From NCBI RefSeq assembly GCF_032444005.1, contig NC_091285.1:15314001-15378000 (forward strand): DNA of 64,000 nucleotides, written 5' to 3'. This document shows, piece after piece, positions 55,901-64,000 of this stretch; within the stretch, counting starts at the first letter, position 1, and every line of letters begins with the position of its first letter. A program made the translations under genes and the position numbers. Under the pieces are notes generated by a model. The model was not told the origin of the DNA. It saw nothing but the letters and a program-made list of their open reading frames with translations, and searched no databases. The DNA comes from Ranitomeya imitator. Taxonomy: Eukaryota.

Positions 55901-58900
55901 CCCCCTAGTGGTGGCTGCAGACAGGATCTTATCATGTATCTCTGTATACAGGGAGCTCCCCCTAGTGGTGACTGCAGACAGGACCTTATCATGTTCCTCT
56001 GTATACAGGGAGCGCCCCCTAGTGGTGGCTGCAGACAGGACCTTATCATGTTTCTCTGTATACAGGGAGCTCCCCCTAGTGGTGGCTGCAGACAGGATCT
56101 TATCATGTATCTCTGTATACAGGGAGCTCCCCCTAGTGGTGGCTGCAGACAGGATCTTATGTATCTCTGTATACAGGGAGCTGCCCCTAGTGGTGGCTGC
56201 AGACAGGATCTTATCATGTATATCTGTATACAGGGAGCTCCCCCTAGTGGTGGCTGCAGACAGGATCTTATAATGTATCTCTATGCAGGGAGCTCCCCCT
56301 AGTGGAGACTGCAGACGGGATCTTATCATGTATCTCTGTATACAGGGAGCTCCCCCTAGTGGTGGCTGCAGACAGGATCTTATCATGTATCTCTGTATAC
56401 AGGGAGCTCCCCCTAGTGGTGGCTGCAGACAGGATCTTATCATGTATCTCTATGCAGGGAGCTCCCCCTAGTGGTGACTGCAGACAGGATCTTATCATGT
56501 ATCTCTGTATACAGGGAGCTCCCCCTAGTGGTGGCTGCAGACAGGATCCTATCATGTATCTCTGTATACAGGGAGCTCCCCTAGTGGTGGCTGCAGACAG
56601 GATCTTATAATGTATCTCTGTATACAGGGAGCTCCCCCTAGTGGTGACTGCAGACAGGATCTTATCATGTATCTCTGTATACAGGGAGCTCCCCCTAGTG
56701 GTGGCTGCAGACAGGATCTTATCATGTATCTCTGTATACAGGGAGCTCCCCCTAGTGGTGGCTGCAGACAGGATCTTATCATGTATCTCTGTATACAGGG
56801 AGCTCCCCCTAGTGGTGGCTGCAGACAGGATCCTATCATGTATCTCTGTATACAGGGAGCTCCCCTAGTGGTGGCTGCAGACAGGATCTTATAATGTATC
56901 TCTGTATACAGGGAGCTCCCCCTAGTGGTGACTGCAGACAGGATCTTATCATGTATCTCTGTATACAGGGAGCTCCCCCTAGTGGTGGCTGCAGACAGGA
57001 TCTTATCATGTATCTCTGTATACAGGGAGCTCCTCCTACTGGTGGCTGCAGACAGGATCTTATCATGTATCTCTGTATACAGGGAGCTCCCCCTAGTGGT
57101 GGCTGCAGACAGGATATTATCATGTATCTTTGTATATAGGGGGCTCCCCCTAGTGGTGGATGCAGACAAGATCTTATCATGTATCTCTGTATACAGGGAG
57201 CTCCCCCTAGTGGTGACTGCAGACAGGATCTTATCATGTATCTCTGTATACAGGGAGCTCCTCCTAGTGGTGGCTGCAGACACGATCTTATCATGTATCT
57301 CTGTATACAGGGAGCTCCCCCTAGTGGTGGCTGCAGACAGGATCTTATCATGTATCTCTGTATACAGGGAGCTCCCCCTAGTGGTGGCTGCAGACAGGAT
57401 ATTATCATGTATCTTTGTATATAGGGGGCTCCCCCTAGTGGAGACTGCAGACGGGATCTTATCATGTATCTCTGTATACAGGGAGCTCCCCCTAGTGGTG
57501 GCTGCAGACAGGATCTTGTCATGTATCTCTGTATACAGGGAGCTCCCCCTAGTGGTGGCTGCAGACAGGATCTTATCATGTATCTCTATGCAGGGAGCTC
57601 CCCTAGTGGTGACTGCAGACAGGATCTTATCATGTATCTCTGTATACAGGGAGCTCCCCCTAGTGGTGGCTGCAGACAGGATCCTATCATGTATCACTGT
57701 ATACAGGGAGCTCCCCTAGTGGTGGCTGCAGACAGGATCTTATAATGTATCTCTGTATACAGGGAGCTCCCCCTAGTGGTGACTGCAGACAGGATCTTAT
57801 CATGTATCTCTGTATACAGGGAGCTCCCCCTAGTGGTGGCTGCAGACAGGATCTTATCATATATCTCTGTATACAGGGAGCTCCTCCTACTGGTGGCTGC
57901 AGACAGGATCTTATCATGTATCTCTGTATACAGGGAGCTCCCCCTAGTGGTGGCTGCAGACAGGATATTATCATGTATCTTTGTATATAGGGGGCTCCCC
58001 CTAGTGGTGGATGCAGACAAGATCTTATCATGTATCTCTGTATACAGGGAGCTCCCCCTAGTGGTGGCTGCAGACAGGATCTTATCATGTATCTCTGTAT
58101 ACAGGGAGCTCCCCCTAGTGGTGGCTGCAGACAGGATCTTATCATGTATCTCTGTATACAGGGAGCTCCCCCTAGTGGTGGCTGCAGACAGGATCCTATC
58201 ATGTATCTCTGTATACAGGGAGCTCCCCCTAGTGGTAGCTGCAGACAGGATCTTATCATGTATCTCTGTATACAGGGAGCTCCTCCTAGTGGTGGCTGCA
58301 GACACGATCTTATCATGTATCTCTGTATACAGGGAGCTCCCCCTAGTGGTGGCTGCAGACAGGATCTTATCATGTATCTTTGTATATAGGGGGCTCCCCC
58401 TAGTGGTGGATGCAGACAAGATCTTATGTATCTCTGTATACAGGGAGCTCCCCCTAGTGGTGACTGCAGACAGGATCTTATCACGTATCTCTGTATACAG
58501 GGAGCTCCCCCTAGTGGTGGCTGCAGACAGGATCTTATCATGTATCTCTTTATACAGGGAGCTCCCCCTAGTGGTGGCTGCAGACAGGACCTTATCACGT
58601 ATCTCTGTATACAGGGAGCTCCCCCTAGTGGTGGCTGCAGACAGGATCTTATCATGTATCTCTGTATACAGGGAGCTCCCCCTAGTGGTGGCTGCAGACA
58701 GGACCTTATCACGTATCTCTGTATACAGGGAGCTCCCCCTAGTGGTGGCTGCAGACAGGATCTTATCATGTATCTCTGTATACAGGGAGCTCCTCCTAGT
58801 GGTGGCTGCAGACAGGATCTTATCATGTATCTCTGTATACAGGGAGCTCCCCCTAGTGGTGGCTGCAGACAGGACCTTATCACGTATCTCTGTATACAGA

Positions 58901-60035
58901 GATCTCCCCCTAGTGGTGGCTGCAGACAGGATCTTATCATGTATCTCTGTATACAGGGAGCTCCCCCTAGTGGTGACTGCAGACAGGATCTTATCATGTA
59001 TCTCTGTATACAGGGAGCTCCCCCTAGTGGTGACTGCAGACAGGATCTTATCACGTATCTCTGTATACAGGGAGCTCCCCCTAGTGGTGGCTGCAGACAG
59101 GATCTTATCATGTATGTCTGTATACAGGGAGCTCCCCCTAGTGGTGGCTGCAGACAGGATCTTATCATGTATCTTTGTATATAGGGGTCTCCCCCTAGTG
59201 GTGGATGCAGACAAGATCTTATGTATCTCTGTATACAGGGAGCTCCCCCTAGTGGTGACTGCAGACAGGATCTTATCATGTATCTTTGTATATAGGGAGC
59301 TCCCCCTAGTGGTGACTGCAGACAGGATCTTATCATGTATCTCTGTATACAAGTAGCTCCCCCTAGTGGTGGCTGCAGACAGGATCTTATCATGTATCTG
59401 ATGAGGTTGTACCTGATTTTTTTAATGTCTTACTTTTCCAGTTTGGAACAAATCTTCTCTTTTTATGGTCCCGTCTGCGATCTTATCCTTAATGGCTCGG
59501 CCAACTTCTTCCTCATTGCCGTACAAGTAGGCGCCGTCAATGTGGCGGTACCCGGCTTCAATGGCCAATCTTGTAGCTTCTTCAGACAAGCTTTTCGGAT
59601 ACTGAAGACGTGAGAGTGCTCAGTTTAAGGGCTCAATACAAAATATGCAAGAAACGTTAAGTCAAGTGGTATTTTTACCATGGGTTTAGGTTGGACTACA
59701 ACCTCATCATTCTCTAGTGCCAAATGGGGATTAGGGGGCCTCCTTTCTCTGACATAGGGCAGTACCAGAGATCTCAGATGGAAGTCCCCATATTTAGGAT
59801 ACAATGAGCTGTGATAAGAGCAGAACCTGGGGTGTAAGACACAGACGTCCTAAGATCTACCTAATAGAACCTAATAGCCAGGCCCTGCCCCACTATAACA
59901 GTAGCCGACTAGTTTGGGAAATATTTAAGTAAATGACGCGTTGCCCCCACTCACCTTTTCGGGGGCGTATGTCCCAAATCCAACTACAGGGATTCTGTGA
60001 CCATCATTGAGAAGGACGTAGGGCTCCACGGCCAT
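40984..60035 (-). CDS. Aldo-keto reductase family 1, AKR1C/rho-crystallin-like, gene A (9 exons, 323 aa)
   Basis: Exons: 60035-59955, 59601-59434, 51980-51864, 44160-44083, 43906-43784, 43704-43592, 43521-43356, 43145-43063, 41026-40984 (972 nt). Introns are GT..AG and the frame is open. Motifs: [49 protein letters not shown]. Introns 2 and 3 are expanded to about 7.5 kb by TEs and satellites. Confidence 0.95.
41080..42870. repeat. 47-bp minisatellite, decaying to a ~22-bp subunit, in intron 8 of AKR gene A
   Basis: Unit gcactatatggccatattactgatgcatacctggcagtattattagg (period 47, e.g. 41881 to 41928). The homogeneous part is about 41640-42870. Confidence 0.93.
44200..44770. repeat. 27-bp minisatellite, left part (intron 3 of gene A)
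   Basis: Unit gacagtgtcggcacagtgccctctaca with 23-bp variants, interrupted by the Gypsy insertion. Confidence 0.9.
44771..50608 (+). mobile_element. Full-length chromodomain Ty3/Gypsy LTR retrotransposon (Tf1/sushi-like) in intron 3 of AKR gene A
   Basis: LTRs 44771-45560 and 49796-50608 (TG..CA), PPT before the 3' LTR, TSD GTCGGC. Domains: gag CCHC knuckle, protease DSGA, RT YLDD, RNase H DAS/TDH, integrase, chromodomain ([16 protein letters not shown]). A single frameshift near 47705 splits ORFs 45645-47786 and 47684-49852. Confidence 0.97.
50609..51600. repeat. 27-bp minisatellite, right part (intron 3 of gene A)
   Basis: The same unit resumes in register after the 3' LTR. Confidence 0.93.
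52040..52301. repeat. 57-bp satellite, left part (intron 2 of gene A)
   Basis: 4-5 units of cagacaggatcttatcatgtatctctgtatacagggagctccccctagtggtggctg before the L2 insertion. Confidence 0.9.
52302..55704 (+). mobile_element. L2-clade LINE with intact APE-RT ORF2 (52307-55378) in intron 2 of AKR gene A
   Basis: 1023-aa uninterrupted ORF with APE motifs (LTETW, MGDFN, LDLVF, SDH) and RT motifs ([21 protein letters not shown]). L2-type 3' end TGTAAAGCGCTGCGGAATATGTTGGCGC followed by a (TAT)n tail at 55681-55704. No ORF1 upstream. Confidence 0.95.
55705..59400. repeat. 57-bp satellite, main array (intron 2 of gene A); each unit carries a CTCF-like motif
   Basis: About 65 units by length. The minus strand of each unit reads CCACTAGGGGGAGC. 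Confidence 0.95.
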
Positions 60036-60576
60036 GATGACGAAAGGTGGAGTCAGCGGTCGGTGCACACGGTGGCGTTTAACCTCTCTAATCAGAAATC
60101 TGCAGATAGTTTTGACGGTTCTTCTAAATATCATTGTCTCCTCCCATTATCTCCACTCCCACCTCCACCATTCTCGGGAAGGACGGCCCCAGGATGTTTG
60201 CAGTGTGATTGCCAAGTTTCCAATGCTAATCCAAAGCACGGAATGTTCAGGAAAACATGTAACTTCTTCCCCTAAACTGCGGAGAATTTCACTTTTTTTC
60301 ATAACTGCAGTTTGTGCTTCAGAGCTGCTGTAAAAAAACAATCTAGCATTTTCTGTATACAGCTCTGATGCAGACCAAATGTGTCGCCCTGGTTACAGAC
60401 TACTATCGTGCAGTAGTCTGCATTCTGCGGCGAGGGGAGAAATTCTGAATCTTGAAAATCGCTATTTAGGCAACTCCTTATAAAGGTACAGATTGATAAT
60501 CCTGCTTATTGGGGGGTTTCGGATTAATGGAATTTTACAGTGACTTGCTGAGTCATCCTATACATTATATACTGTA

Positions 60577-63543
60577 CTAGCTTTTTCCAGCCAGCTAACG
60601 CTCGGCACGCTCATTGCTATCTAATTAACGCTGCTGGTGATTAAAGTAAAGTAAATAATGACAACATTCAATAGCGCTTACGCAGGTAGTAAATTAACTT
60701 AATATGAAGTTAATAACAGTGTGGGGACGGAGCTTCATGTGGTAATGTGTTGGGATGGAGCCTCGTGTGGTAATGTGTGTGGACAGAGCCTCGTGTGGTA
60801 ATGTGTGGGAACGGAGCCTCATGTGGTAATGTGTGGGGATGGAGCCTCGTGTGGTAATGTGTGGGGGCGGAGCTTCGTGTGGTAATGTGGGGACAGAGCC
60901 TCGTGTGGTAATGTGTGGGGACGGAGCCTCGTGTGGTAATGTGTGTGGACGGAGCCTCATGTGGTAATGTGGGGACGGAGCCTCGTGTGGTAATGTGTGG
61001 GGACGGAGCCTCGTGTGGTAATGTGTGGGGATGGAGCCTCGTGTGGTAATGTGGGGGGATGGAGCCTCGTGGTAATGTGGGGGGGTGGGATTATGTGTGG
61101 TAATGTGGTGGGGTGGGATTATGTGTGGTAATGTGGTGGGGGGCGGAATTATCTGTGGTAATGTGGTGGGGGCGGGATTATGTGTGGTGATGTGGTGGCA
61201 GAGTGGGATTATGTGTGATGTGGTGGGGGCGGGATTATGTGTGGTAATGGGGTGGGGGGGCGGGATTATGTGTGGTAATGGGGTGGGGGGGCGGGATTAT
61301 GTGTGGTAATGGGGTGGGGGGCGGGATTATGTGTGGTAATGGGGTGGGGGGCAGGATTATGTGTGGTAATGGGGTGGGCGGGCGGGATTATGTGTGGTGA
61401 TGTGGTGGGGGGCAGGATTATGTGTGGTAATGGGGTGGTGGGGCAGATTATGTCTGGTGATGTGGTGTGGAGGTGGGATTATGTGTGGTAATGTGGTGAG
61501 GGGTGGGATTATCTGTGGTAATGTGGTGGGGGGCAGGGCTATGTGTGGTGATGTGGTGGGGGGGCGGGAATGTGTGGTGATGTGGTGGGGGGTGGGATTA
61601 TGTGTGGTGATGTGGTGGGGGCGGAATTATGTGTGTTGATGTGGTGGGGGCGGGATTATGTGTGGTGATGTGGTGGGGGCGGAATTATGTGTGGTGATGT
61701 GGTGGGGGCGGGATTATGTGTGTTGATGTGGTGGGGGCGGGATTATGTGTGGTGATGTGGTGGGGGGCGGGATTATGAGTGGTAATGTGGGGGGGTGGGA
61801 TTATGTGTGGTAATGGGGTGGGGGGCGGGATTATGTGTGGTGATGTGTTGGGGGCGGGATTATGTGTGGTAATGAGGTGGTGGGGCGGGATTATGTCTGG
61901 TGATGTGGTGGGGGGGCGGGAATATGTGTGGTGGGGGGTGGGATTATGTGTGGTGATGTGGTGGGGGTGGGATTATGTGTGGTAATGTGTGTGAATGGAG
62001 CCTCGTGTGGTAATGTGTGAGGACGAAGCCTCGTGTGGTAATGTGTGGGGATGGAGCCTCATGTGGTAATGTGGGGGGGTGGGATTATGTGTGGTAATGT
62101 GGTGGGGGGTGGGATTATGTGTGGTACTGTGGTGGGGGGTGGAATTATCTGTGGTAATGTGGTGGGGGTGGGATTATGTGTGGTGATGTGGTGGCGGGGG
62201 TGGGATTATGTGTGGTGATGTGGTGGGGGCGGGATTATGTGTGGTAATGGGGTGGGGGGGCAGGATTATGTGTGGTAATGGGGTGGGCAGGCAGGATTAT
62301 GTGTGGTAATGGGGTGGGGGGAGGGATTATGTGTGGTGATGTGGTGGGGGGTGGGATTATGTGTGGTAATGGAGTGGTGGGGTGGGATTATGGGTGGTGA
62401 TGTGGTTGGGGAGGCGGGATTGTGTGGTAATGTGGTGGGGGGTGGGATTATCTGTGGTAATGTGGTGGGGGGCGGGATTATGTGTGGTGATGTGGTGGGG
62501 GGGCGGGAATATGTGTGGTGATGTGGTGGGGGGTGGGATTATGTGTGGTGATGTGGTGGGGGGTGGGATTATGTGTGGTGATGTGGTGGGGGGCAGGATT
62601 ATGTGTGGTGATGTGGTGGGGGGCGGGATTATGAGTGGTAATGTGGGGGGGCGGGATTATGTGTGATAATGATGTGGGGGGGCGGGATTGTGTGTGGTGA
62701 TGTGTTGGGGGGCGGGATTATGTGTGGTAATGGGGTGGTGGGGCGGGATTATGTCTGGTGATGTGGTGGGGGGGCGGGAATATGTGTGGTGGGGGGTGGG
62801 ATTATGTGTGGTAATGTGGTGGGGGGCGGGATTGTGTGTGGTAATGTGGTGGGGGGCGAGATTGTGTGTGGTAATGTAGTGGGGGGCGGGATTATGTGTG
62901 GTAATGTGGTGGGGGAGGGATTATGTGTGGTAATGTGGTGGGGGGCGGGATTGTGTGTGGTAATGTGGTGGGGGGCGGGATTGTGTGTGGTAATGTGGTG
63001 GGGGCGGGATTATGTGTGGTGATGTGGTGGGGGAGGGATTATGTGTGGTAATGTGGTGGGGGGCGGGATTGTGTGTGGTAATGTGGTGGGGGGCGGGATT
63101 GTGTGTGGTAATGTGGTGGGGGGCGGGAATGTGTGTGGTAATGTGGTGGGGGGCGGGATTATGTGTGGTAATGTGGTGGGGGGCGGGATTGTGTGTGGTA
63201 ATGTGGTGGGGGGCGGGATTATGTGTGGTAATGTGGTGGGGGGCGGGATTATGTGTAGTAATGTGGTGGGGGGCGGGATTGTGTGTGGTAATGTAGTGGA
63301 GGGCGGGATTATGTGTGGTAATGTGGTGGGGGGCGGGATTATGTGTGGTGATGTGGTGGGGGGCGGGATTGTGTGTGGTATTGTGGTGGGGGGCGGGATT
63401 GTGTGTGGTAATGTGGTGGGGGGCGGGATTGTGTGTGGTAATGTGGTGGGGGGCGGGATTGTGTGTGGTAATGTGGTGGGGCGGAGCTACTGTGCAGGGG
63501 CAGGATTAGCGAGTAATCACAATGCCTCTTATATATATATAGA
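60577..63543 (-). mobile_element. Non-autonomous Helitron-like element carrying a GT-rich minisatellite, upstream of AKR gene A
   Basis: Minus strand 5' A|TC at 63543 and 3' CTAG|T at 60577. Imperfect subterminal hairpin gccagc-taac-gctcggc, no TSD. Interior is ~28-30-bp repeats. Confidence 0.65.
60720..63480. repeat. G-rich ~28-30-bp minisatellite (gggattatgtgtggtaatgtggtggggggc, plus a ggacggagcctcgtgtggtaatgtgtgg subtype)
   Basis: Visible tandem periodicity with two interleaved unit types. Confidence 0.95.
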
Positions 63544-64000
63544 TGTACGGAGCGAGGCTATAAGTGGTCCTCAAGAAAAGGCTAAAGCTAACATAACCCC
63601 CACCAAAGCTTAACGTAAGTAAGGATAAGATGTATAGATGACAATAAAAAATACATTTCAAAAACCTGACCTGCACCTCCAAACATAGACTGAGTGTGAA
63701 CAGGTGCTGAACCCAGAGTCGCCAACTCGTATATAGTTAAATAAATAGGGCAGCACACTGCAGCGCCAAAACATGCAAACTTGAAAAAACGAAATTTGAA
63801 CTGCATTACTGCACTAGAAATATGAAAAATGAGAGCTTTTAGCGCACAAAAATGGCCAATTTTATGTGTACCTCGTAGCCACGTTAAGGCATCTCTCTTA
63901 TACGAGGTCCTACGCTTGACCTACCTCACTGAGAATAAACGTCTCCATCTGAATGGGTACATGTAAAAACCTCTTCTTGGACTCAAATTCTCTCTCTATG

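Noticed and set aside
55630-59393. Long ORFs (up to 568 aa) on both strands in the 57-bp array
   Set aside because: The unit length is divisible by 3 and stop-free in several frames. The peptides are pure repeats, and the region is intron 2 of gene A.

Overview
Eukaryotic genomic DNA, most likely from an anuran amphibian (inferred from the gene and repeat families; the species cannot be fixed without a search). Most of the ORF track is noise from introns, minisatellites and antisense shadows. Read by hand, the window holds three complete, tandem, minus-strand 9-exon aldo-keto reductase genes of the AKR1C/rho-crystallin type: A 40984-60035, B 30962-35756, C 3381-8854. All use GT-AG introns, have open frames and keep the catalytic tetrad, but they differ in substrate and cofactor residues. 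One intronless RING-Bbox-Bbox-CC-PRY/SPRY TRIM gene (25294-26919, +) sits between B and C with an IRF-type element just before its ATG. The rest is mobile DNA: two chromodomain Gypsy elements with paired LTRs, a degraded Gypsy, a solo LTR, a 5'-truncated L1 with TSD, an L2 with an intact ORF2, RTE/L2/Tc1/Penelope-like fragments, two non-autonomous Helitron-like elements and several minisatellites. Three observations stand out. (1) A CTCF-type motif lies at the same intron-2 position in all three AKR genes and is amplified into a roughly 70-copy 57-bp array in gene A. (2) Both Gypsy elements show co-varying, tRNA-independent self-priming sites and 6-bp TSDs. (3) The AKR paralogs carry paralog-specific active-site changes (Q190E, W227A, loop-B insertions). 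There is no evidence of CRISPR, rRNA or tRNA genes.
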